From an uncultured Bacteroidales bacterium (lineage in GTDB: Bacteria > Bacillota_I > Bacilli_A > RFN20 > CAG-826): DNA of 64,000 nucleotides. The position numbers were made by a program, and so were the translations under genes. How positions within the stretch are numbered: the first letter of the stretch is position 1; every line of letters begins with the position of its first letter. The stretch is from NCBI GenBank assembly GCA_963650805.1, contig CAVJMG010000004.1, positions 44,155 through 108,154 on the forward strand, in the 5' to 3' direction. Under the pieces are notes generated by a model. That model was given only the letters and a program-made list of their open reading frames with translations. It searched no databases and was not told the origin of the DNA. Positions 56,317 to 64,000 of this stretch are shown here, in pieces.

Positions 56317-57612
56317 ATGAAGAAAAGAAATTCCTATTTTTTGAAAAACGCAAACTTGATCGACGTGGATGGGGGGAGAATCCTCCCCAACGCCTGCGTA
56401 AGGATCAAAGATGGAATCATTGAGTCTTTCGGCAGTGGCATAAGCGCTGGAAAGGGAGAGAAGACCATCGATTTAAAAGGCGGCTATCTTTGTCCCGGCT
56501 TGATCGATGCGCATTGTCACCTCTTTGGTAATGGCGTCCCTAAAAAGGCCATAGCAAGCAAAGGGAAAAGCCAAGAAAGACTTGTTAAAATCATCCCCAC
56601 GTTCTTTGGGAAGGTCTATCTCCATCACGCGGCAAAATCCTCTTGCAAGCAAGCTCTTCGCGCCGGAATTACGACGATTCGCTGTTTGGGTGACATCCGT
56701 TATTCAGACATTTGGGTTAGAAATCAAATCAATGAGGGAAAATTTTTAGGCCCTACCGTTTTGACTTCCGGCTATGCCTTGACCAGCCCAACCGGGCATG
56801 GAGTGGGCACGATTTCCGTCGGTTGCGCAAACGAAGGCGAATATCTTGCCCAAATTGAAGAGAACATCAAACAAGGCTGCGATTGGATCAAAATCATGGC
56901 TACCTCCGGAGTCATGGATTCTTTGAGCGCGGATAGCCCCTGTGATACCCGCATGAGCTATGAGGAGATCGCTTTTGTCACCAAAAAAGCCCATGAGCGC
57001 GGACTTAAAGTTTCCTCTCATACGGAAAATAGCGAAGCCGTATGGCTTTGCCTGCAAGCGAGAGTGGACACCATAGAGCATGGAGCCCCTTTAAATAACG
57101 CGATGGTTTCTAGGCTACTTAATTCATCAAGCCGCATCGTCGCGACTTTCTCGCCCTCTTATCCGACGGTGGCCTTGCCTGTTAAAGATTCCAAATATGA
57201 CCCTAGCCAAATAAAAGCGACTCAGATCGTCTATTCCGGAATCGCTTCCAGCGCGAAGACTTGCTATCAGCAAGGCATTCCCTTGGGCCTTGGAACCGAC
57301 GCTTCTTGCCCCTTTGCCTTGCATTCGACAATGTGGAGGGAATTGCTTTTCTTCCAAAAGGCCGTGGGCTGTTCGAATTTGGAGGCTTTAAGAGCGGGCA
57401 CATTAGGCAACGCCGAGGTTCTTGGAATCCAAAACCAAAAAGGATCCATCGCGGTTGGGAAAGACGCCGATTTGGTTGTTTGTAGGAGCAATCCTCTCGA
57501 GAATCTTAAAGCTTTAAATGACATTAAAATGGTTTTTGCAAAAGGCCATCTTTCGAAGAAAAAACGTAAATATTTCCGCAAAACCGAAATACTTTTAGAC
57601 AGCCTTCTTTGA
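56317..57612 (+). CDS. Amidohydrolase-family metal-dependent hydrolase.
   Basis: PGLIDAHCHL metal-binding His-x-His region. Later His and Asp ligands present (VSSHTEN, GTDAS). Confidence 0.75.
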   Translation: MKKRNSYFLKNANLIDVDGGRILPNACVRIKDGIIESFGSGISAGKGEKTIDLKGGYLCPGLIDAHCHLFGNGVPKKAIASKGKSQERLVKIIPTFFGKVYLHHAAKSSCKQALRAGITTIRCLGDIRYSDIWVRNQINEGKFLGPTVLTSGYALTSPTGHGVGTISVGCANEGEYLAQIEENIKQGCDWIKIMATSGVMDSLSADSPCDTRMSYEEIAFVTKKAHERGLKVSSHTENSEAVWLCLQARVDTIEHGAPLNNAMVSRLLNSSSRIVATFSPSYPTVALPVKDSKYDPSQIKATQIVYSGIASSAKTCYQQGIPLGLGTDASCPFALHSTMWRELLFFQKAVGCSNLEALRAGTLGNAEVLGIQNQKGSIAVGKDADLVVCRSNPLENLKALNDIKMVFAKGHLSKKKRKYFRKTEILLDSLL

Positions 57613-57615
57613 AAA

Positions 57616-58842
57616 TCACTTCTCTTCCTTGGCTTTTGACCAGGATTCTTTGGCTTTTTCGATGATGGTTTTCTTCTTTTCGTCTTTTTTGACTTGGCGA
57701 TAGGAAGAATCCATTTTCTCGGCGATTTCGCTTTCTTGCTTCGTCGCCTTTTGCCGTCTTGGATCGGGTGGGTTGACCACGATTTGATCGTAGGAGATAA
57801 GGATGTCGTTTTTGACGAACATCTGGTAGAGTTCACGGTTTAAGTCGCGGGTGGTTTGGAAACGGTCTTCCTCGTTGCACCTAGCGATGAAGAAGAATTC
57901 TATCCCCGCGTTGTCGAAAGCTTTGATGCTGCGGTATTCCGGGCCCATCGTCAAAGCGGGGATTTTCTCCTTTACTTTCGGCAACTCCCTAGCGATTATC
58001 GCTTCGACGTGGTCAATATCTTCATTGTAGGAAGCCCGAACGGAGATGGTAATGAGGCTTGGCGCGCGAGTTAAATTTGTCACGGTTGTTATGGTCGAAT
58101 TGTTGATGGCCTTGATATTGCTACCGTCATCTTCGAGCTTTGTGGATTTCAATCCAATGTCCACCACGACTCCGCGGAAACCGTCGATGATGACGATGTC
58201 CCCGACGTCATAGAAGTCGTCGATGACGATGAATAAGCCGGCCACAACGTCATTTATAAGGCTTTGGCACCCTAAGCCAATAATCAAGGTCAACACGCCT
58301 AAGCTAGCGACAATTGAAGCGACGTTGACTCCCCAAGCCGTTAAGATGACGGCGATTGCAATAATGATGGCGACGTATCTGACTAAGCTTTTGATGAGCG
58401 AGCCGATGGTTTTGCTGCGCTTCCCTTTCCAAGTGAATAGCCCGATCAAGAAGTTGCAGAGGAAAGTGCAGAAGAAGGCGACGGCGATGGCGGAGAAGGT
58501 AATAAGCCAGGCCTGCCCTCTATTGGCGAGCTTTTCGCCGAGATATTCCCAACCGTTAGCGTAGGTGCTTTCCCCGTCTTTTTTATAGCCAAACGCCCAA
58601 ACGGCTCCGTCTTTGCCAAAAAGGTCGCCCGCGTATATCCAAAGGAAGATGAACAGCAAAATGCATACAAAGAAGGAGCAGGAGATGATGAAGCTTCTTT
58701 TTTGATTTTTCGTTTTGCTGCTCCACCAGCTTTTATCTTCTTTGATTCTTTTTCTTGTTTGAGCGGATTCTTTCTTACCAGGGTTTGGCTTGCCCCCAGA
58801 AAGTTCTTCTGGGGTGGGTTCTCTCTTGATGGGCTTTTTCAT
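57616..58842 (-). CDS. Mechanosensitive channel of small conductance (MscS family) with a Lys-rich N-terminal extension.
   Basis: Pore-lining TM helix and beta-domain block VGDIVIIDGFRGVVVDIGLKSTKLEDDGSNIKAINNS. Start set at the MKKPIKREPT ATG (RBS AAGGAG). The track start is 58917. Confidence 0.8.
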   Translation of the reverse strand: MKKPIKREPTPEELSGGKPNPGKKESAQTRKRIKEDKSWWSSKTKNQKRSFIISCSFFVCILLFIFLWIYAGDLFGKDGAVWAFGYKKDGESTYANGWEYLGEKLANRGQAWLITFSAIAVAFFCTFLCNFLIGLFTWKGKRSKTIGSLIKSLVRYVAIIIAIAVILTAWGVNVASIVASLGVLTLIIGLGCQSLINDVVAGLFIVIDDFYDVGDIVIIDGFRGVVVDIGLKSTKLEDDGSNIKAINNSTITTVTNLTRAPSLITISVRASYNEDIDHVEAIIARELPKVKEKIPALTMGPEYRSIKAFDNAGIEFFFIARCNEEDRFQTTRDLNRELYQMFVKNDILISYDQIVVNPPDPRRQKATKQESEIAEKMDSSYRQVKKDEKKKTIIEKAKESWSKAKEEK

Positions 58843-59330
58843 AACAAGGCTCCTTTCTCGTCGATGGAAAATAGACATTGATCGCTTTCGTAGTCGAAGC
58901 CGTTGCTGATTTTGCAATGGCCCTTATAGGAAACTCCGATTTTCATATTCTTTATGACCCCCTCATAATGATTTGGAGTAGAGACGTCAGAACTATAAAG
59001 GGGTTCGTTGGCTTTTTCGGCTTGCACATAGAACAAGATCGAATAGTTTCCTTTGTTCGCGATGGTGAAATTGTAAGTGAGAACCCCATCCTCATAAACG
59101 TATGAGGACTCTGAGATCTCTGGAAGCCCTGTGATGAAGGGGTTGAAGGATTGAATTTCAAGGACCCCTCCAGCCGCGATAAGCAGCGTGGATACGGATA
59201 GAGTGACTGCCTTAATCGCTTTCGACCTTGCGTAGGCGGTTTCTTTTCCGACTTCATAGACTCCGGGCGCAGAAAGCTCGTCGCTTAAGGCGAGGTTGTC
59301 GGTATTCAAATCGTTCCACAGCGAATCCAT
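58839..59330 (-). CDS. Hypothetical membrane-anchored or secreted protein, translationally coupled to the mscS-like gene.
   Basis: One TM (AVTLSVSTLLIAAGGVL). Its stop overlaps the MscS start. Confidence 0.4.
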   Translation of the reverse strand: MDSLWNDLNTDNLALSDELSAPGVYEVGKETAYARSKAIKAVTLSVSTLLIAAGGVLEIQSFNPFITGLPEISESSYVYEDGVLTYNFTIANKGNYSILFYVQAEKANEPLYSSDVSTPNHYEGVIKNMKIGVSYKGHCKISNGFDYESDQCLFSIDEKGALL

Positions 59331-59403
59331 CGGTGTTTGTTATAACAAAGAAAATGGGAGATTAGTAGCGGAAAAAACCTTGAAAACATATAATTCCGCC
59401 GTT

Positions 59404-60051
59404 ATGGAAAAGATGGCTCTTATATTTGATTTGGACGGAACTCTTTGGGACTCCACCGAAGTCGTCGCAGAATCCTGGAGTATCTCCGGGAAAAAGTACT
59501 TTGGGGAAGACTTTGTTTTGGACAAAGACGCGGTGAAAGCCCAAATGGGCTTGATGATGGAGCAAATCGCTGAAAACATTGCCAAAATGACCCCCAACCC
59601 CGAACTCGGGAAGCTTTGGGCCAAAGATGCCTTTGAATACGAAATCGAATATCTTTCAAACCACCCGGGCAAGCTTTTCGAAAACGAGATTACGACGCTT
59701 CAAAAGCTGAAAAAGAAGGGATACGTCTTGTTGATTATGTCGAATTGCCAAAAAGGCTACATCGAAGATTACTTGAATTGCCTAGAGGACAAGAGCCTTT
59801 TCTCCGGTCATCTTTGCTATGGCGATACTCACGCCCCGAAAAACGTCTCCATTAGAATCTTGATGGAGAATCTCGGCGTTAAAAGAGCCGCTTACATTGG
59901 CGACACCGCGGGGGACGAAGAGCAGACCCGCATCGCGGGAATCCCCTTTTTCCACGCCTCTTACGGTTTTGGGAAAGCCGTTTCCCCAGACGCGACGCTC
60001 CGCTGTTTTGAAGATGTCTTAGACGCCGCGGAGAAATTCCTTCCTCTTTGA
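59404..60051 (+). CDS. HAD-superfamily phosphatase (IA).
   Basis: Motif I IFDLDGTLWDS. Motif II IMSNC. Motif III/IV K...GDTAGDEE. Confidence 0.7.
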   Translation: MEKMALIFDLDGTLWDSTEVVAESWSISGKKYFGEDFVLDKDAVKAQMGLMMEQIAENIAKMTPNPELGKLWAKDAFEYEIEYLSNHPGKLFENEITTLQKLKKKGYVLLIMSNCQKGYIEDYLNCLEDKSLFSGHLCYGDTHAPKNVSIRILMENLGVKRAAYIGDTAGDEEQTRIAGIPFFHASYGFGKAVSPDATLRCFEDVLDAAEKFLPL

Positions 60052-60112
60052 GGAAGCGAAAACCTTGATTGAATTGAACGTTCCCCTAAAATGATGGGGA
60101 GGAGGTCTGCTT

Positions 60113-60514
60113 ATGAATGAGGAAAAAAAGTCCCCTGAGATTTCGGATTTCGTTGCCGATGGCTATCTTTCTACCGCTCAAATCGAAATCGTTCGGTCAA
60201 AGAGGGAAGGAAATAGCATGGGGGAGACCGATCTTTTGGAGCTTATCGACGGCTTTGTACGCGCTAACGGGAAGGCCGATGCAAAATACGAAGACCTTCT
60301 GAAACAAGTTCGCGGATGCCTTGAATTGCTTAAAAACGTTTCCCAATATCCGGAAAGGATTTCCGGCAGTTTCCTTTTTGCCTATGGAATTTTATTTGGG
60401 GATTACCTTTATTTAGTCGGCGCCTTCGACGAGAACGATATCGAAGAAGCTAAATCCAAGGCCTTAGGGGGCTCGGGAATAGGAATCGCTAATCCTTGGG
60501 GGAACAAGGCCTAA
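60113..60514 (+). CDS. Hypothetical protein (133 aa).
   Basis: RBS ggggaggagg. First gene of a 4-gene co-directional set with overlapping stops and starts. Confidence 0.35.
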   Translation: MNEEKKSPEISDFVADGYLSTAQIEIVRSKREGNSMGETDLLELIDGFVRANGKADAKYEDLLKQVRGCLELLKNVSQYPERISGSFLFAYGILFGDYLYLVGAFDENDIEEAKSKALGGSGIGIANPWGNKA

Positions 60515-60576
60515 GCTTTGATTTCTTCGCAAATCTTGAACGAATATTCCTAAAGTGAGAAAATTTATAGACGGAA

Positions 60577-60849
60577 ATGGAAACGGAAAAAGCTATCGCT
60601 GAAAATAAGATGAAACCTGAAGATGAGTTTGCTTTTTCCTGCGCCGAGCTCGATGAAAAGATGGCCAAAAAGCTTAATGAAACAATCCATAAGCAAGCCC
60701 TTGTTCTCGAGCAGCTTAAACGCGAAGTGGCTTTGATAGAAGAAATCGGAACCATAGAAAAGACGAAAGCTTCCGCCTATAGCGATGAGAAGGCGACGAG
60801 GTCGCTAGCTTTTGCCTATAGGACGCTTAATTTGGGGGACGGCCGATGA
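60577..60849 (+). CDS. Hypothetical coiled-coil protein (90 aa).
   Basis: Charged, heptad-like composition. Confidence 0.3.
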   Translation: METEKAIAENKMKPEDEFAFSCAELDEKMAKKLNETIHKQALVLEQLKREVALIEEIGTIEKTKASAYSDEKATRSLAFAYRTLNLGDGR

Positions 60850-61043
60850 ACGATAACGCTTTTGCAAAAACCATGGCTGAACGCAATCGCCTCATTGGGG
60901 AAACCTCCAAGGAGATTCTGAAAAAAAGGGCCGATGAGCTCGATCATTATGCCAAGAAGCTTCTTAATGAATTCGAAGCCGAGCGAAACGAAATAGCCTC
61001 CGAACTAGCTAAAATTGAGGCGGGCGAAAACGATGGACTCTAA
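60846..61043 (+). CDS. Hypothetical coiled-coil protein (65 aa).
   Basis: ATGA overlap with the upstream ORF. Confidence 0.3.
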   Translation: MNDNAFAKTMAERNRLIGETSKEILKKRADELDHYAKKLLNEFEAERNEIASELAKIEAGENDGL

Positions 61044-62892
61044 TTTTTTGAATACGCTTCCGTCTTTGCTCGTCTCGGAGAAAGACGACTCCTTGCCGGT
61101 GTTCGACCCGGAGATTTCTTTTCCCAAAACCCAAACTGCCTTAGCCGCTTTAAAAAAGCAAAACGTTGAACTCGCCCGCCTTAAAAAGCGTCTTGAATCC
61201 AGCGAGAAACTCAAATTGGCCAACGATGAATCTCTCTACGAAATCATGGCCTATGAAAGCGGGTGGGAGGAAGCCCTTCACAAAATCGAATCCCTGGTCG
61301 AGGAGAAACGCTTCAAAGACGCCATAGAATTCATTCTCCATTATCGTCCGAAAACCCTTGAGCATCGTGGGCATTTCCAATTTGAAGTCGAAAAAGAGGC
61401 GGATCTCATTCGCCCTTGGCTACTTTGCCGCGTCACCTCTATTTATGGGCGGAAATTGGAAGAAGAGGGCGAACACCTTAGAAAAGAAGAGGCCGAAAAA
61501 CACTATCAGCGGTGCTTAGCGCTGCCTTCCGGGCTAGAGAGGGATTCCTATAAGGATTTCCTAATCGACGAGTCGAAGGGATTCCTTTATGAATTATCCG
61601 CCTTTGAGCTTTCCAAACGCCCCATTAGCCTTGGCGTCTTCCTTTCCTATTTGCCTTATTGGCGTCTTTCTCTTGAAGACGACCCGAAAGAAAGCGAAGG
61701 CACGGCGAATAAAAAGGCCCATTTCCTCGCCTCCATAATGCCTTGCTATGACGATTTGGGCCGCATGAGCTTCGTCAAGGAAAGGTCGCTTGAGGATGCT
61801 TTGACCTTGTTTAGGCTGCGCGATCTCTTCCCGCGAGAGAAAATCGGCTTCATCCCTTTCCGCTACGCTTACGACGAGAATGAGATGAAGCTGTATTTCT
61901 GCGAATCCGAAGCCATTGAAAGCGGGGAAGAGGAATATCGCGCCTCTGTTAAACTATATGTCGAGAACGTCCAAAAAGGGGATGAGCTGTCCTTTTTGGT
62001 TATGGCTCATTTGCTGTCTTTGCCCGGGTTAGATAAAGGGCGTTTCCTTATCGCCGCTAACGCGACCAAACCTTTAAGCTTTGAGAACAAGGTCCGGCTT
62101 CTTTCTTCCTCAATCGCTTTGGGCATGGAACCTAGAAGAATCGCGACGATGCTTGAAAATTTGAACAAGACTCGGGGCAAAAAAGGGAACCTCGAAGCTA
62201 TGAGCAAACCTCTTTTGTTCATCAAGGACCATCTTAATGACGCCCTTTCCATTCGCTTCGCACCCTTGCTTGAGGACCTTTTGCGTTCTCCAAAAGCCCA
62301 TAAGATCGCCGTTAAAAGCCATGACCCCGCGCTTCGTGCCTTATTTGGCGAAACCTCCGACTCTTCTTTGCCTCCTTTAGGCGAGAAGATTAAGAATTCG
62401 CGGATCCGCTCCTGGGGAAAGAACGCGTGGTTTTGCTATTTGATTTTCGGGATTGCCTTGCCTACTGTTCTGATTCTTTTCGCCTTCGTTTTGCTTTATT
62501 GCTATTCTGGGATTCCCGCTACTTACGCCTCTTTCTATTCTTTGATCCCTTTCGGCGCATCCTTGGCTTTGGTGCTTGCCCATATCTATGTTTGGTTCGG
62601 GCGAGACGAAAGAGGGCCCGCTAACGCTAGAAGCATCCTGCTTGCGGATGCCGTGTGGAAGGCTGCCGTGGCTTTAGCCTATTTTGCTTCGCCAAAGCTT
62701 TCCCCGGGTTTGGATAGGCTTAGATACACTTTCATTATAGCTTCTCCCGCGGAGGCTATCTTCGTGTTTTTCTACTTAAAACCCACGAAAAAAAGCGCAA
62801 TTCTTGATTATTTCCTATTTGCGACGTGTTTTATCCTTTGCGCGATAGCCGTTGTCTTCGTCGTTTTGGATATGATGGGCGGTCTTCTTTGA
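61033..62892 (+). CDS. Membrane protein with a ~450-aa soluble N-terminal domain and about 5 C-terminal TM helices. Hypothetical.
   Basis: ATG at 61033 overlaps the upstream ORF end. The track start at 61015 is a TTG. Confidence 0.5.
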   Translation: MDSNFLNTLPSLLVSEKDDSLPVFDPEISFPKTQTALAALKKQNVELARLKKRLESSEKLKLANDESLYEIMAYESGWEEALHKIESLVEEKRFKDAIEFILHYRPKTLEHRGHFQFEVEKEADLIRPWLLCRVTSIYGRKLEEEGEHLRKEEAEKHYQRCLALPSGLERDSYKDFLIDESKGFLYELSAFELSKRPISLGVFLSYLPYWRLSLEDDPKESEGTANKKAHFLASIMPCYDDLGRMSFVKERSLEDALTLFRLRDLFPREKIGFIPFRYAYDENEMKLYFCESEAIESGEEEYRASVKLYVENVQKGDELSFLVMAHLLSLPGLDKGRFLIAANATKPLSFENKVRLLSSSIALGMEPRRIATMLENLNKTRGKKGNLEAMSKPLLFIKDHLNDALSIRFAPLLEDLLRSPKAHKIAVKSHDPALRALFGETSDSSLPPLGEKIKNSRIRSWGKNAWFCYLIFGIALPTVLILFAFVLLYCYSGIPATYASFYSLIPFGASLALVLAHIYVWFGRDERGPANARSILLADAVWKAAVALAYFASPKLSPGLDRLRYTFIIASPAEAIFVFFYLKPTKKSAILDYFLFATCFILCAIAVVFVVLDMMGGLL

Positions 62893-63219
62893 TCAAGAAT
62901 CCAATTCGTCGTATTTTTTCGCGCTTCCTTTGCATTTCTCGACGGGGTATTTTTCTTCGTTCTTCTTGTATTTTTCCAAAACGATCTCATCGGGATCTAA
63001 GCCATAGCGATCCGCCATCATGTAGCAATAGGCTAAGACGTCGGCGAGCTCCTCTTTGACTTTATCTAGGGATTTTGGCTCGTCGCTCCATTGGAAGACT
63101 TCGAGCAATTCGCCGGATTCGATGACGATGGACTTTGCTAGATTCTCTCCCGTGTGAAATTGGTCCCAATCCCTCTCGCGATTGACTTTTCGAATTTCTT
63201 CAATGACTTTTTTGTTCAT
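62893..63219 (-). CDS. MazG-like nucleotide pyrophosphohydrolase (small all-alpha NTP-PPase).
   Basis: EExGELLEVFQW and EELADVLAY MazG motifs. Start at MNKKV (RBS GGGGGAGG). Confidence 0.75.
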   Translation of the reverse strand: MNKKVIEEIRKVNRERDWDQFHTGENLAKSIVIESGELLEVFQWSDEPKSLDKVKEELADVLAYCYMMADRYGLDPDEIVLEKYKKNEEKYPVEKCKGSAKKYDELDS

Positions 63220-63279
63220 GAAACCATTATCCTCCCCCTCAAGTTTATTTGGCACTTCTTTATAATGTTGACATCAAAG

Positions 63280-64000
63280 GGGCAAAGAAATGAGCGCGTC
63301 TTCTTATAATCTCTTCGGCTTCGAATTCGGCGATAACCCTGAGCAAAGGGAACTTATCCGCCTAATCCGACTCGATCCCAAGGTTCTTCCTGTGGTCTAT
63401 TGCCTTGGGGAGGCGGGCACGGGCAAAACGTTTGCTTCCTTAGCGGGAGCCTTGTCTTTGACTCGAGGCAAAGCTTCAGAGAAAAAATATAAAACCGTCT
63501 ATTACGTCCGCGAACCCGTGGAAGTGGGGCACCGCCTGGGGTATTTAAAAGGGACGGAGCAGGACAAATACGCCCCTTACTTGGGGCCCTTATTGGATAA
63601 CTATTCTCGCCTTATGGAGAAGACCCGGGCGGAGAAGGGCGCTTCTTTGAAACAGCCCCGACCGAAAAAGGAGTGCAGCCCTTTTCTAGAAGCCCTTCCT
63701 TACGCTTATCAGCATTTGCCTAGCGACATCATTCCCTTGGCTCCGGAATTCCTGAGGGGGCGCAGCTTTTCGGATTGCATTATCCTCGTCGACGAAGCGC
63801 AAAACATGAATTTCGATGAACTGCACACTCTGCTGACGCGAATCGGGCAACGTTGCAAAATGATCCTTCTAGGTTCGCCAAATCAAATAGACGTCCCCAA
63901 CCAAAGCAAAGATAGCAACGACTTCCTGCGCTCTTACGAGGCTTTGAAAGATACGGGTTTAGTCGCATTGGTTACTCTTAGCAGGAGCATGAGAAGCGAT
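63280..64000 (+). CDS. PhoH-like ATPase, 3'-truncated by the window edge. Absent from the ORF track because it has no stop.
   Basis: Own translation from ATG 63280: Walker A GEAGTGKT, Walker B ILVDEAQN, LLGSPNQID. TATAAT at about 63251. Confidence 0.8.

Overview
64-kb chromosomal window from a bacterium of about 50% GC, with roughly 55 genes and few mobile-element genes. Firmicutes-like signals are strong AGGAGG-type ribosome binding sites, a THF riboswitch and a purine riboswitch, C-terminal TM-anchored surface proteins without LPXTG, and a BspA-type LRR lipoprotein. Coordinates of CDSs follow the supplied ORF track, with starts re-evaluated where the track clearly over-extended. Small motifs were positioned by hand and may be off by 1-3 bp. 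Content, left to right: (i) tandem paralogous secreted or surface proteins (1-4533), then a cytoplasmic GH20 hexosaminidase-like enzyme translationally coupled to an unusual ABC cassette (4594-8795). (ii) Two AAA+ wHTH-type ATPase genes, a ROK regulator, and an NCS2 nucleobase permease behind an attenuator-like leader. (iii) An FtsX/ABC cluster with a secreted beta-rich protein, a nitroreductase, a 1323-aa surface protein, and a fused MacB-like ATPase/permease. (iv) A nucleotide-salvage neighbourhood: an AzgA-like permease plus apt behind a guanine-type purine riboswitch, upp, hpt, CBS-less guaB, guaA. (v) A second GH (family 2, beta-mannosidase-like) followed by a paralogous copy of the same unusual ABC cassette (36712-42026). 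(vi) Housekeeping genes: rarA, trpS, a THF riboswitch plus ECF folate S-component, a GltD-like oxidoreductase, GDPD, an amidohydrolase, MscS, two HADs, MazG, PhoH. The most interesting candidate for an undescribed system is the duplicated four-gene cassette. Each copy has a MalK/PotA-type ATPase, a 2-TM protein with a small soluble domain, a single-TM anchored protein and a polytopic membrane protein. Each sits immediately downstream of a signal-peptide-less exo-glycosidase, GH20 in one locus and GH2 in the other. Also notable: iteron-like direct-repeat arrays in front of three AAA+/DNA-binding ATPase genes, an ATPase pseudogene carrying three in-frame stops and no frameshift, a poly-C tract at the start of a BspA-like lipoprotein gene, a MITE-like element, and a perfectly conserved 20-bp motif upstream of guaB and hpt. 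No rRNA, tRNA or CRISPR array was found.
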